Source: Octopus bimaculoides
Taxonomy: Eukaryota
Reading direction: 5' to 3'
Length of the DNA stretch: 64,000 nt
Assembly (NCBI RefSeq): GCF_001194135.2
Contig: NC_068984.1
Coordinates: 102,264,707-102,328,706 of the forward strand
Shown here: positions 54,201 to 64,000 of the stretch, in pieces
Layout of the letters: every line of letters starts with the position of its first letter
How positions within the stretch are numbered: position 1 is the first letter of the stretch
Notes under the pieces: model-generated
What the model saw: only the letters and a program-made list of their open reading frames with translations
Database searches by the model: none
What the model was told of the DNA's origin: nothing
Translations under genes and position numbers: made by a program

Positions 54201-56136
54201 ATGCATGTATACGGACAGCAATTTTACATGGTAGTGAGATGTGGGCCCTGAATGCAGAGGACATGTAAAGGTTAGAAAGGAACGAGGTTAGTATGTTCCA
54301 TTAGATGTGTAATGTAAGTGTACACATTCGACAGAGTGCTAGTGTTTTGAGAAAGAATTTAAGCGTAAGAGGAACTGGTTGCTGTGTGCAAGAGAGAAGA
54401 CTGCACTGGTTTGGTCATGTGATGCAGATGGATGACAACAGCTCCATTAATTAGTGCTGATCTCTCAAAGTGGATGAAATACATGGAAGAGGGAGACCCA
54501 GGAAGACATGGGATGAAGAACTGAAGAATGACCTCAGGATGCTGAACTTTTCAGGCAAGATGACAAAGAACCGAGATGCCTGATACCTTGCTGTATTCAA
54601 GAAGGCCCATACTCCACAGCAGGAGTGTTAAGACTGAGCCCTCTGGTGGTGTAAAACACCTGTGCTAGTGCCATGTAAAAGTGCCTGTGTGGCACCATAT
54701 AAGAGAGCCCATGCAGTGCCATGTAAAAGCACTCAGCACACTCTGTAAAATAGTTGGTTGGTTGGTTGGTGTTAGGGAAGGTATCTAGCTGTGGAAACCA
54801 TGGCAAATCGGACTGGAGTCTGATGCAGTTCCCCAGGTTGCCAGCTCTGGTCAAACAGTCCAACCCATGGACAATGGACATCAAATGATGATGATGATGA
54901 TGAAAAGTAACCTGCTCATTACAGCAATTAGTTGTATGTAGTCATGATACCTATTGACATGTAGTAAGTAGATTGAGCCACTGAAAGTTAAGAAGTTGAT
55001 CCCTGACATAACAGAGTGTTGGAGATGTGATCCGAAATGCTGTTTATTAGGTTTGTAGATCAACATTCCATCCATTGAACTATGTCGTCTCTGATAATCA
55101 GGAAACAATTAATTAGGATATAGTAATCCATGATCACTACCCACCCCACACACGTCTACACAAATCATAAAACAACAAAATCAATATTCTAAAAATTAAA
55201 TCAAAGGATTAATGGAGATTTATTCTAAATGACAACACAGTTGATATAAAAGAAACTAACCATTTTAAAAATTTTTACCATTTCTGGTGCCATGACATTT
55301 AAACCATTTTGTAGTGATATCGATGGATGATCCTCATGTGATAGAATTTGGAATATCAAAGACTCCACTGTGAAAATACAGCACAACATTAACATATTTT
55401 TAGGTAACATGCTCTTAATTTTAATACATAGAGCAAAATCTGATATAAATAGGTAAAAGACATTTCCATAAATTAGAAATTTATTGACTATAAAATCCAA
55501 TACTTTTTTCCCTGAAGACAAAATTTAGCCAATTTTATTGAGGAATATATTATTATTGGAAGATTTAGTGTTCATGAGAAAAATAAAAATAAAAAAAAAC
55601 TTTTTCGCTTTTTTCAGAAGTGAACCAGTCACCTCTTATTCGATCATCTACAGTAGGATAGAATGCATTGGTTGGTAAATTAGTAGTCATAGTGTGTTAG
55701 TAAGAGATGGTCTGCCTAGCAGTTGGATGGCTTTTCTTTAGATGCAATGTAGAATGTTTTTTTTTTATCTTTTACTTGTTTTAGTCATTTGACGGTGGCC
55801 ATGCTGGAGCACCACCTTGAAGGGTTTTAGGCAAACAAATCGACACCAGGAATGATTTTCCTAAGCCCAGTACTTATTCTATCAGTCTCTTTTGTCAAAC
55901 TGCTAAATTACCAGGATGTAAACACACCAACACTGGTTGTCAAGGAGTGGTGGGGAACAAACACTGACACAGATACATACTGTCATGGTCAAAAGTTTGG
56001 AACATAAGTCTGAAAATTAGAGTATTTATATTAAATACCCCCAAATATATACATTGTATATATTTGAATTGAATTTTACTGGGGTATAACAATTTTAATT
56101 TTAAAAAAACTGTTCCAGACTTTTGGCTATGACTGT

Positions 56137-56195
<59 letters not shown>

Positions 56196-58748
56196 CACAC
56201 ACAAGCACACACACAAGGTTTTTGGTCAGCCTGAGGCTATTTTGGTTGACCTGAGGCAATAGTAGAAGACACTTGCCCAAGGTGCCATGCAGTGGGACTA
56301 AGTCCAGTATAATGTGATTGGGATGCAGGCTTCTTACCATTCAGCCACACCTGTTTATGTGTGTAGAAGCTGCATTTGTGAGAGGCTATTTTATGTGAGG
56401 TACATTTAGGTCTTGTAGAGTGTTGGAAGCTGAAGTACATTTTGGTTGAAGGAGGAGAAGTCTAATTCAGAATTGCAGTTTTGGCTATAAACCTGTAGTT
56501 GCAATCAAATGTTGGATGGTTTGGTATTTGTAATGAGTTCCAGGGTTTAGTATACTATGTTATTGTTGACTAATGTAGTCCAGTGTGCTGTTCCTGACAT
56601 GTAGGACAGGATATTATTCTTGACTAAGAGGAATGTAGGACAGTGCATTGATGTAATGAATGTGTCCTGGTGCTCCTGAATGAAATTGTCACAACCTTAT
56701 TCAAGGATGTTATTGGGGTTTCTATTAACAGAAATACTGTGATGGGATGACTAAGATGACATGGATGTATGAAAGATTCAAAGTTGGCACCATCTGTCTA
56801 GATGCACATATATTCACTTAAAGTTAAGAGCAAGCAGTTTGTTGATGTAGAGAAGAAGCATACAAGATTTAAACCTTTAGCATTTACCAAGGCTATATTT
56901 AGTCCAAATATTCTGGTTTATGTTCAAATTAGCCAGATCTGGCCTCTCACACCAACCCTACACAATTGTTCTAAAAATAAATAGTTACATCATCAAAATT
57001 TCAAAGCTACAACATAATGCATGATTAATTGAAAACAATCTGTATGAATAAACATATTTGACAAAATGATTTGAATGCTATGGAGCTGTGGGTTAAGCAG
57101 AGCCCCATAAAAATGTGATTGAGCAGAAAGCTTCTCATTTCAGAGTTGAGAGATGATAGAAAATCTGTCAAGCAATTTTGTCAAGAAGTTCTCATGGTGG
57201 ATATAGTCAACAGCTTTACTGAATATACTGTTTTTGTTTCAGTTCTCAGGATGAAAAACTAGTAGTATGTAATATAAGAAAGCTAATCCTCTACTGTATG
57301 TGGTTTTTAGAGGACTGGTACTAGTGATTAATGTGTAGGGGAAGGGACATGAAGGTATAAGGTACGTATAGGGTAGTTCTCATTTATGGCTTATTTCATC
57401 ATCTTTTAGAATATCAAAAGCAAACTGCAATATATGACCACAAACAAATAAATACATTATAGATAAACAGTACTATGAGATAATGATGGCTCAGTGGTTA
57501 GAGCATCGGGCTCACAATTATGTGGTAGTGTGTTCAATTCCTGGACCGGGTTGTGTGTTGTGTTCTTGAGCAAGACACTTTATTTCAGTTGTGATGTCAC
57601 TGGTGCCAAGCTGTATCGACCTTTGCCTTTCCCTTCAAAAACATTGGTGTCATGGAGAGGGGAGGCTAGTCTTCCATAAACAACCTTGCCTGAACATGTG
57701 TCTTGGAGGGTAACTTTCTAGGCACAATCCCATGGTTGTTCATGACCAAAGGGGGGGGGTGTCTTTATCCTTTTTTACTATGAGATACTAAAATATATTC
57801 TAATTACATACATTGAAGAGTTAGTTAAATAATTTTAACCCTTTAGAGCTTTCAAATTTCTCTGTCAAATGTAATGCTTATTTATTTACATTGATATGAA
57901 TTAGTCATACATTACTTTGTAACTTTGAAATTTCAATGACATTATTGCTTATATTCAGAATAGCATTGTAGGGGAAGTGCGAGAGGCTGGATCTGGCCAC
58001 TTTGAAGATACAACAAAGTTGAATATTTTGGCTGTATATGGCTGGTTTAATTGCTAAAAGGTTAATATTCAAAATGAATGATCAGAAAGGAACAACTTCT
58101 AACTAATTTAGATGAAGCCATATATACAAATTCACTAAGATACTAAGAAATTAAGAAAATACTAAGATTAAGAAAATTTTGGCTCTTATACTAAATGAGG
58201 AATGTGCTAACTTATCATATTGTGTTTTAAAAGATATATTGTAGATATTTTGCAGGGTAAAATCTAAAATCTCTCTGAAGAATTATCACATTTGTTGAAC
58301 GAATAACCAATAGACTCTAGAAATGATATGTTGAGCGTATGTGGGAACGGCTCTAATATTTGGCTGTTTTCTGTTTACAATAATGAAACAGTTGTGAATT
58401 AAGCAAAATAATGACAGGAACAAAAAAATCTAAGCAGCTTCTAACTTCATATAAATATGTATTAGAAATATTCTCATCATATAATTTCCTATACATTGTT
58501 CTATACTCACAATACATACATACATACATACATAAAATACAATCCTAAAGTTACTCAGTGTGTGTACGTGAGTGTATGTGTATGTGTGTGTGTGTGTATA
58601 ATTCTAAACTGACTATATATATATATATATATATATAATACAATTCTAAACTTACTGTGTGTGTGTATGTGAGTGTGTGTGTGTATATATATATATACAC
58701 TTCATAGCCAAAAAGACTAAACTCACTGTATGTATGTGTGTGTGCATA

Positions 58749-58823
<75 letters not shown>

Positions 58824-61011
58824 TCTCACAATATCTATATATATATTATACATACATATTCATTGCTATTCTTTACACAGAATATATACATATAATGTGG
58901 AGGAAGAAAGAGGTGGAGGAGGAATGAATCACATTATTGATTGAACAGAAGAAAAAAAAAAGAAAACACAAGAAAAACCCAAAGATAAATGTTGTTAGTG
59001 GAAGTTTACATAGTTCTACATTAAAATTCCAGCAGATATTCTATTGAGTTTTCTAGCAGAACATCGGTATCTTTTGAAGTGGAACCATTAATCAATGATA
59101 AAACATAAACTCAAATCTTAAAATCTTGATTACTAAAGAACAGGAGTAAATAATGGACCAGGGATTGGGGTTGGGGGAGGGGATGACAAAAGTAAGAGGA
59201 GAGAAAAGTAAATAATAATGATAATAATAATAATGATAATAAAAATAATAATGATAATGATGATGTTGATAATAAATAAGAAGATAAAAAAGGAAAGCCA
59301 GGTTAATTCTATCTGTATATATACAAAGCGAAAGAGAGGAAAGTAGTTGAGTATGAAGGGGGGGGGGAGATGGAGGGGCGGAGAGAAGACCAAATAAAGA
59401 AAAAGAAAGAAAGCAATAGGAAAAGAACTCTAAGGAAGGGTATGTGTGTGTGCATGTGTATGTGCATGTGTGTATCTGTGTGTGTATGTGTATTGTATGT
59501 GTGCATTGTGTGTGTGTGTGTGTGTGTGTGTGTGCATGTACTGTGTGCATATGTGTGTGAGTATGTATGTGTAGGTAGGTGCTGAGTGTATTGTGGCAGG
59601 CAGTGTGTCTTTTGAGTGTGTGTGTGTGTGTGTGTGTGTTGTGTGTGAATGTATGTACATATGTGTATGTGCATGCATAAGTGTGTGTGTCTGTGTGCAT
59701 GTGTGTGTGAGTGTATGTATTTGTATTGTATGTGCATATGTGTATGCGTCTGTGAGCGATTGTGTGTGTATTTGTATTGTCTGTCTTTTGTGTGTGAGCT
59801 TCTAGGTGTGTATGTGTGTAGTGTACATGTATGTGTTTATATGTGTGTGTGTGTATATGTGTGTGTGTGTTGTGCATGTCCCCTTCCAAATGATGATGTC
59901 AGCATGGCACCTAATCACTAGATGCGGAAGAAATCCTTGACATATGGAATTAACCAAAACAAAATTGAATTTCATTTAAATTAATTGAAAGTGAAAATTT
60001 TCATTAACAGTAAATAACAAAATTTAAACAAAGACAACAAACACAGAAGAAGAAAAAAAAATACACAAATAGCATTTAACAACATAAATTACATAGACAA
60101 CAATGGCATTAACAGCAAGAGGAATGAGACATGCATAAAAGCAACAACACCAATAGTGCAATTGTGTGCATACTGCCACACCAATAGCACAAACAACAAC
60201 AACCACAGGAACAATAATAACACAAACAACACACATAACAATCCTCATTAGTGGAGAAGTTCTAAGAAACAAAAGACAATGGTATAATTAACTACCACAA
60301 CTGCTGCTGCTGCTGCTGCTGCTGCCACCACCACCACTACCATTACTACTACAGCAACATAAATTGCAACTGTAGGTAGTAGAAGAGATTTCACAGCAGC
60401 AGCAATGTGCCCATTTGATCTGCTAAAAAGAACAGCCAGATTTCCTTCAACATTACACCCTACTGCTTTAAAAATAGAGGGGCACATTGAATGATGTCAC
60501 TGTAGATGTAGGTGTTCTTGATCAGAGCCTGTTTGAGTTTTGGGGGAAATAACAACAAAAATAACCACTGCCAACACCATCATCATCATCATCACAAAGA
60601 CAACCATAATGACATTACAAAAGCATTAATGAGAAAACAATATCAACAGCTAAAACAACATTTGTTTCAAAGACAGACACAAAACAAAGGAGCAGTCAAT
60701 GAAATCAACCCTCCAATATTTTACTGGTATTGTATTGGTAGCAGAAAGTCGAGAGATAAATTCACTCTTAATTTTGGGAATGATATTTAGAAAAGATGAA
60801 AAAAATTGTGACTGGGTATTTTGTTTGTTAAGCAACCACCTTTGCTGCATCACAGTTCAAACCAGAAATAACAATAACAATAAACACAAATAAGAAACCA
60901 CATTAGTATGAAGTGCATAAAAATGTCTTATTTACCAAGTAAGTTGTAAATTTCTTTAGTGTGAGGGTTCATATTGTTGAAAGCATGTGAAATGAACTTT
61001 AAACTGAGAGC
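6119..61011 (-). CDS. TBC1D32: TBC1D32 / broad-minded (BROMI) orthologue, partial: 10 internal coding exons; gene extends beyond both window edges
   Basis: Exons (transcript order) 61011-60936, 55367-55261, 51429-51368, 39300-39159, 36901-36845, 32292-32199, 27956-27819, 10733-10656, 9049-8907, 6255-6119 all have AG/GT ends and join in one open frame (1034 nt). Motifs [58 protein letters not shown] and LLYG match recalled human TBC1D32 (TKEIY, [57 protein letters not shown], LLYG) in the same order. Not database-checked. Confidence 0.88.
6330..6670 (-). mobile_element. Heavily decayed Penelope-like RT fragment
   Basis: Broken frames resemble (Y)DDLFII..LQHFN..FLHV of Penelope-type RT; many stops. 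Confidence 0.35.
8907..9049 (-). CDS. TBC1D32: TBC1D32 exon (143 nt, phase 1->0): (E)[47 protein letters not shown]
   Basis: Acceptor ttttgtattgcag|AG; donor AAG|gtatta; lies within ORF 8877..9125(-). Confidence 0.9.
9485..9660. repeat. 29-bp minisatellite, ~6 units
   Basis: Unit taacagctgcatcctattgcaagttaaag. Confidence 0.85.
10656..10733 (-). CDS. TBC1D32: TBC1D32 exon (78 nt, or 84 nt from acceptor at 10739; phase 1->1): (I)[25 protein letters not shown](E)
   Basis: Acceptor tttactttttctagtttcag|TC; donor TGTG|gtaagt. Confidence 0.82.
16080..16560 (-). mobile_element. RTE-clade LINE 3' fragment with (ATG)n tail
   Basis: [36 protein letters not shown] in ORF 16309..16686(-), then shared 3' UTR. 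Confidence 0.85.
16735..17210 (-). mobile_element. RTE-3'-UTR-derived short element with (CAT)n/(ATG)n tail (representative of an abundant family)
   Basis: catcatcgtttaacgtccgctttccatgctagcatgggttggacg..gctggatgcccttcctaa recurs at ~5330, 11000, 19520, 22190, 22510, 35040, 48100, 52820, 62600, 62930. Confidence 0.85.
18506..18616. mobile_element. 111-bp mariner-type MITE with TA TSD
   Basis: TIRs TTAAGTTGAGGAAAAAATTTGTACACCGTGTTAAAAT / ATTTTAACATGGCGCACAAACTTTTTTCCTTAACCTAG; TA at 18504-5 and 18617-8; empty site aaaatTAtttac in the paralogous repeat near 19140. Confidence 0.85.
18826..18888 (-). ncRNA. Type I (minimal, Penelope/retrozyme-type) hammerhead ribozyme motif
   Basis: Minus strand GUUCUC-CUGAUGA-GGAG-aau-GAAUC-cacuuuu-GAUUU-cuag-CUUC-GAAA-U-UGCA-A-U-U^GAGGAC: complete catalytic core, 6-bp stem I, 4+5-bp stem II, palindromic stem III, AUU cleavage triplet. 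Activity untested. Confidence 0.75.
20686..21471 (+). mobile_element. Mariner transposon (Hsmar1-like HTH), decayed, runs into gap
   Basis: TA-TTAGGTCATC terminus; [54 protein letters not shown]. Confidence 0.85.
21472..22189. other. Assembly gap (N run)
   Basis: Other gaps: 24196-24770, 26274-26673, 33190-33633, 35489-35837, 42907-43066, 47749-48090, 62557-62602 and two 10-N gaps. Confidence 0.99.
22770..23985 (+). mobile_element. Penelope-like element 3' part: GIY-YIG endonuclease plus UTR
   Basis: [68 protein letters not shown]. Confidence 0.8.
24771..26110 (+). mobile_element. Penelope-like element: RT + GIY-YIG, decayed
   Basis: [33 protein letters not shown].. then [26 protein letters not shown] (ORFs 25321, 25753). 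Confidence 0.85.
26190..27230 (-). mobile_element. RTE-clade LINE 3' fragment (gap-interrupted)
   Basis: [24 protein letters not shown]; shared 3' UTR and (ATG)n tail. Confidence 0.8.
27819..27956 (-). CDS. TBC1D32: TBC1D32 exon (138 nt, phase 1->1): (D)[45 protein letters not shown]
   Basis: Long pyrimidine tract ...ctcttctcttaaag|AC; donor CTCA|gtaagt; lies within ORF 27802..28056(-). Confidence 0.92.
28116..28516 (+). mobile_element. tRNA-headed SINE family A (representative)
   Basis: A box tggctgtgtggtaag, B-box-like ggttcagtccc, internal microsatellite, (GTAAAA)-rich tail; copies at ~2735, 3365(-), 13920, 17874, 28800(-), 32780, 37072(-), 39345, 55762(-). Confidence 0.85.
30830..30980. 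repeat. Degenerate ~25-29-bp minisatellite
   Basis: Repeated taaaactgaagttgct(a/g)a. Confidence 0.75.
31951..32115. repeat. 37-bp near-perfect minisatellite, ~4 units
   Basis: Unit aacacaaatatatcaacaaaatatatttacaaaaatt. Confidence 0.9.
32199..32292 (-). CDS. TBC1D32: TBC1D32 exon (94 nt, phase 0->1): [31 protein letters not shown](D)
   Basis: Acceptor ttttttaaatattag|GTT; donor CAG|gttagt; phase fits both neighbours. Confidence 0.82.
33634..34930 (-). mobile_element. Tc1-like transposon, decayed; other end in gap
   Basis: Terminus CAGAGTATCTCACAGAAGCATGTACACCCC; [57 protein letters not shown]. Confidence 0.9.
36845..36901 (-). CDS. TBC1D32: TBC1D32 exon (57 nt, phase 0->0): [19 protein letters not shown]
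   Basis: Acceptor ttgttttacttttcag|CAT; donor TTG|gtaaat; resembles human [20 protein letters not shown]. Confidence 0.9.
37658..38883 (+). mobile_element. Full-length (1226 bp) decayed mariner with both TIRs and TA TSD
   Basis: TA|TTGGGTCATCCCATAAATAATGCAGTTTTT ... AAAAACTGCATTGTTTATGGGATGACCCAA|TA; ATG at 37840, [36 protein letters not shown]. Confidence 0.95.
39159..39300 (-). CDS. TBC1D32: TBC1D32 exon (142 nt, phase 2->0): (K)[47 protein letters not shown]
   Basis: Acceptor ttctttctttgttttgtag|A; donor ATG|gtaagt. Confidence 0.92.
39402..40120. repeat. 168-bp inverted duplication (arms 39402-39569 and 39953-40120)
   Basis: Arms align as reverse complements at roughly 85% identity by eye; 383-bp SINE-containing spacer. 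Confidence 0.9.
40232..40372. repeat. Degenerate ~27-bp tandem repeat
   Basis: ggtaatttacatattg core repeated ~5 times. Confidence 0.75.
43460..43900 (-). mobile_element. Decayed CR1/L2-like LINE ORF2 fragment
   Basis: Broken frames with NL.F.KADWESI..QQNW..DID.KF.EF pattern that follows APE domains; many stops. Confidence 0.4.
43905..45106 (+). mobile_element. Internally deleted mariner (irritans/Himar-like) interrupted by a 515-bp insertion
   Basis: [56 protein letters not shown] [insertion] [12 protein letters not shown]; right terminus TAGTTTTTGACTTTCCCTCATA. Confidence 0.8.
44435..44949. mobile_element. Candidate solo LTR inserted in mariner
   Basis: TGTAGT...ACTACA termini with imperfect terminal inverted repeat; flanks cctt/tctt; splits the mariner C-terminal coding region. 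Confidence 0.45.
45945..46155 (+). mobile_element. tRNA-headed SINE family B (representative)
   Basis: gagctggcagaatc..ttctgagttcaaattc..gtcgactttgcctttcatcc; copies at ~7990(-), 8215(-), 12165(-), 14463, 61285(-). Confidence 0.85.
46160..47530 (+). mobile_element. RTE-BovB-like LINE, 5'-truncated RT region to 3' end
   Basis: [78 protein letters not shown] (ORFs 46166, 46559, 46797). Confidence 0.92.
48960..51060 (+). mobile_element. RTE-clade LINE (second family), RT region, 3' UTR and (ATG)n tail
   Basis: [62 protein letters not shown]; ends catggaaaacggacattaaatgatgatgat. Confidence 0.92.
51368..51429 (-). CDS. TBC1D32: TBC1D32 exon (62 nt, phase 0->2): [20 protein letters not shown](K)
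   Basis: Acceptor tttatattgcag|TTT; donor GAAAA|gtgagt; resembles human [21 protein letters not shown]. Confidence 0.9.
51945..52817. mobile_element. Head-to-head pair of a ~300-bp tRNA-headed element with hammerhead-like 3' module
   Basis: Arms 51945-52508 (minus the hAT MITE) and 52550-52817 are reverse complements around a 41-nt spacer. Confidence 0.7.
52091..52371. mobile_element. hAT-type MITE (281 bp), 8-bp TSD
   Basis: TIRs CAAAGGTTCTCAACC / GGTTGAGAATCACTG; TSD ctctattt / ctttattt (7/8). Confidence 0.85.
53385..54905 (+). mobile_element. RTE-clade LINE, 5'-truncated copy of the same family as 48960-51060
   Basis: [40 protein letters not shown]; same 3' UTR and tail. Confidence 0.9.
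55261..55367 (-). CDS. TBC1D32: TBC1D32 exon (107 nt, phase 1->0): (V)[35 protein letters not shown]
   Basis: Acceptor tgtattttcacag|TG; donor ATG|gttagt; lies within ORF 55225..55521(-). Confidence 0.87.
55980..56135. mobile_element. Tc1-type MITE (156 bp), TA TSD, inside a SINE microsatellite
   Basis: TA|CTGTCATGGTCAAAAGTTTGGAAC ... GTTCCAGACTTTTGGCTATGACTG|TA. Confidence 0.85.
57487..57772 (+). mobile_element. tRNA-headed SINE family C with central cttgagcaagacactt motif (representative)
   Basis: tggctcagtggttagagc..gttcaattcc head; copies at ~2015-2325(-), 5760-5990(-), 28520. Confidence 0.8.
57839..58061. mobile_element. piggyBac-type MITE (~225 bp), TTAA TSD
   Basis: TTAA|CCCTTTAG ... 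CTAAAAGG|TTAA; related copies at ~1400-1610, 9917-10120, 31378-31579, 56872-57085. Confidence 0.8.
59440..59880. repeat. Compound (TG)/(TA)-rich microsatellite tract
   Basis: Direct inspection; similar tracts at 15420-15830, 23390-23770, 27330-27700, 48760-48950, 51100-51200, 58750-58820, 63540-64000. Confidence 0.95.
60936..61011 (-). CDS. TBC1D32: TBC1D32 exon (76 nt, phase 0->1): [25 protein letters not shown](V)
   Basis: Acceptor tttctttctctttcctag|GCT; donor CTTG|gtaaat. Confidence 0.88.
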
Positions 61012-62864
61012 CTAGGAAAGAGAAAGAAATAAAATGATTAGGAACTGGCATGGAATATGTAAGTTGGCAAAATTATTGATATTAAGAACTCTTTGACAAA
61101 CTACCTTTAGGCTTCTGAAAAGTAAAGATTTCAGTTGAATAAAGACTTTTAATTTTGGCAACAAACCAACAATTTTTGAGGATCCAAAATAGATTAAATT
61201 TGTCACAGTATATTATTGGGACCTCATGATCAAAGTACTTTGTCTAGCACTCTACAAATTATTCTATGCTGTCTCTTCAGTTTTACTTGAATAATGGTTT
61301 CAAATTTTGGAACAAGACCAAGTTCAGGGAAGAGAATAAGTTGATTACATCAACCCCAGGGCTCAACTGGTACTTATTTTATGGACCCCAAAAGGATGAA
61401 AGGCAAAGTCAACCTAGGTGGAATTTGAACTCAGAACATAAAGACAGACAAAATGTATTTTGCCCAATGTACTAACAATCTGACCAGTTCACCTCCTTAG
61501 TTCTACTTGAAATAATGTGAACTAGAATTGATGCAAAATCTCTTACAAATTGGATGTGTTTTTTGAATAGCCTCTGACCACCTCCTCCTCCATGAACCAC
61601 TCCTACTCACCAAACTGAGATTCACCACTAATTAAGTCTCCTCTCCTGTTTACCATTCACTGCATTCACTTATATCATCACCTTTTACAGTCTGTTGTTC
61701 TCCTTACACTCTCACAAACTTAGCCACCCGCCACTCCAGTTCTTCTGTCCCTATCTTCCTCATATTCACCTTCTGTACTTTGAAGGTATGTCCTGGTACC
61801 TTATCACCGTCATTAGTTTTTTCTCTTTCCAGCTGGGTTAGCCTTGCATGTCCTCTACAGCAAGACTTCTGTTCCTATCCTTCTATCATACTCTTGCCTC
61901 TCAACACTTGGCATAAAACCACCTCCTTCAATACTTCACTTCCAGTCAGTCAAGGTATTTGGTCTTGTGAGTTACCCGGTGACCTTATTAATGCTGGTGA
62001 CACAAAAAAAAAAGCACCTGATATACTCTGGAAAGTGGTTGGTGTTAGGAAAGGTATCCAGTCATTGAAACTATGCCAAAGCAGACAGTGGAGCTCATAT
62101 CAGCATGGAAGACATGTTAAATGATGTTGATACAAAGTGTAGTCTTTACACATTGGATGTAATTGCACACAAATATATAGTGCAGCCCCTTATAGTCTGG
62201 TTATGGTTACACAGCGAAAAATCTTTTATGATAAGAAGGATGAATGATGACTATATGTTGTATCTATGGTCAAGACAACTATTATTAGCTCTTTCAGCCT
62301 ATATGTAAATGGGTACAGCGGTCAGTTATATCTAAAATGCTAAGTACAACTGACCATTGTAATTAAGAGATCTCTACAATCTGCTTTCTTTGATAATATA
62401 TATTAATATATCAAAATATGTCCTTCATGAGACATATATTAATTTATTTTAATCTATCGATATATCTTAGATCAGATATATATCAATTTACATACTAATT
62501 GGTATATAGCCTTGATGAGATACATATCAATATATATATATATATATATATATATANNNNNNNNNNNNNNNNNNNNNNNNNNNNNNNNNNNNNNNNNNNN
62601 NNTATCATCATCATCATCATTTAACATCTGGCATGGGTTGGACGGTTCAACTGGAAACTGGTAAGCTGGAGGGGTTGCACCAGGTTCTGATCTGAATGTG
62701 GCAAGGTTTCTATGGCTGGATGCCCTTCCTAATGCCAACCACTCTGAGAGTGTAGTGGGTGTTTTTTACGTGCCACCGGCATGAGTGCCAATGACCTGAC
62801 ACTGGCATCCATCACAATTACAGTCTCACTTTACTTGACTTGACATGACTTGGCTTGGCCTCAC

Positions 62865-62912
<48 letters not shown>

Positions 62913-63602
62913 ACATCTCCATCGCTATTATTGTTTGGCATCTGCTTTCCATGCTGGCATGGATTGGATGTTAAGCTAGAGGACTGCACCAAACTCCAAT
63001 GTCTGCTTTGGCATAGTTTTTACACCTAGATGCCATTTCCTAATGCCATGTATTATACAGAGTGTACTGGATGCTTTTCATATGGCACTGACCACTGGTG
63101 AGGTCACCAATGAACTCACAAGGCCCCTACCCCTCAACTGAGGGGGATTAGTATTGAAAGAGGTGGCTTTATGCCAGGTGATAAGAGGTTAGTAGGAAGA
63201 TATATGGTAACCTCAATTGGAAAAGAAAGAAGATGGTGGTCAAGAAGTGTCAAAGCACATACTCAACTTACAAGAAGGTGAATATAAAAGAAGTGGTATG
63301 GGTGAGTAAGTGAGTTCATGGGACTGTAAAGGAGAGTGGCAGGTGGATAGGGATGGAGATGAGGGAAATACAGTGAATGATGAATGTAGTAGAGGTGTGG
63401 TTGATCATAAATATCAGTTGGAGGGGACACTGAAGAGATAAGTGTGAGACAGGAAGGGGGATGCTGTTGGAAAAATGAGATGTACAGGTGGGAAAGGGGA
63501 GGTCAAGAGTGGAAAAAAAGGTGGTGTGGTAGGACACAGAAAATGAAGCAGATATATATTAATATATATATAAATATATATTATATATACCTTGGATGAG
63601 AA

Positions 63603-63633
<31 letters not shown>

Positions 63634-63954
63634 AATCTATATCTATCTATTTACATTATATATATATATTGATATGTTATAATCTCTATCTATCTATATG
63701 TCTTTGATGCAAAATACATAAATTTACTGATACATATCTTTGGTGTGATAAATATTTATAGATTTTAATCTATTAATAGCTTTGATGAGATTTATATAAA
63801 AATATTTATGTTAATATATTAATATATATATATATATTTTAATTTATTAAAATACATATATATATATTATATATATTTTAATAGATTAACATATATATAT
63901 ATATACATATTTATTAAAATACATATATATATAATATATATATTTTTATAGATT

Positions 63955-64000
<46 letters not shown>

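Noticed and set aside
56350-56800. Possible APE-endonuclease remnant (TLDYI-like) on the minus strand
   Set aside because: Too decayed to assign with confidence.
59092-59889. 265-aa His/Thr-rich ORF and similar ORFs at 15301, 23365, 27276, 48717, 50988
   Set aside because: Translations of (CA)/(TG)/(TA) microsatellites.
60512-60790. 92-aa plus-strand ORF with poly-His/Asn/Gln
   Set aside because: Trinucleotide low complexity, antisense within an intron, no recognisable domain.

Overview
AT-rich, N-gapped animal genomic DNA whose SINE, RTE, Penelope and microsatellite content points to an octopod (Octopus-like) genome; the species call is inference. The window lies inside one minus-strand protein-coding gene. 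I reconstructed ten internal exons (61011 down to 6119; 1034 nt, 344 codons + 2 nt) with GT/AG boundaries and mutually consistent phases. The joined peptide resembles the N-terminal half of TBC1D32 / broad-minded (BROMI), a comparison made from memory of the human protein. Start and stop lie outside the window. The introns hold decayed TEs: Tx1/L1, RTE, Penelope-like, Tc1, mariner, piggyBac/hAT/Tc1/mariner MITEs, a possible solo LTR and several tRNA-headed SINE families. Best novel leads: (1) an intact-looking type I hammerhead ribozyme, sense to the host pre-mRNA (18826-18888), inside a ~565-nt-monomer direct-repeat element with retrozyme/Penelope-pLTR architecture; (2) a head-to-head palindrome of a tRNA-headed SINE carrying a minimal-hammerhead remnant (51945-52817); (3) a 168-bp inverted duplication 100 nt upstream of a coding exon that covers a candidate poison exon. 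Most ORFs in the supplied track are microsatellite, N-gap or TE artefacts. TE coordinates are approximate unless TIR/TSD positions are given.
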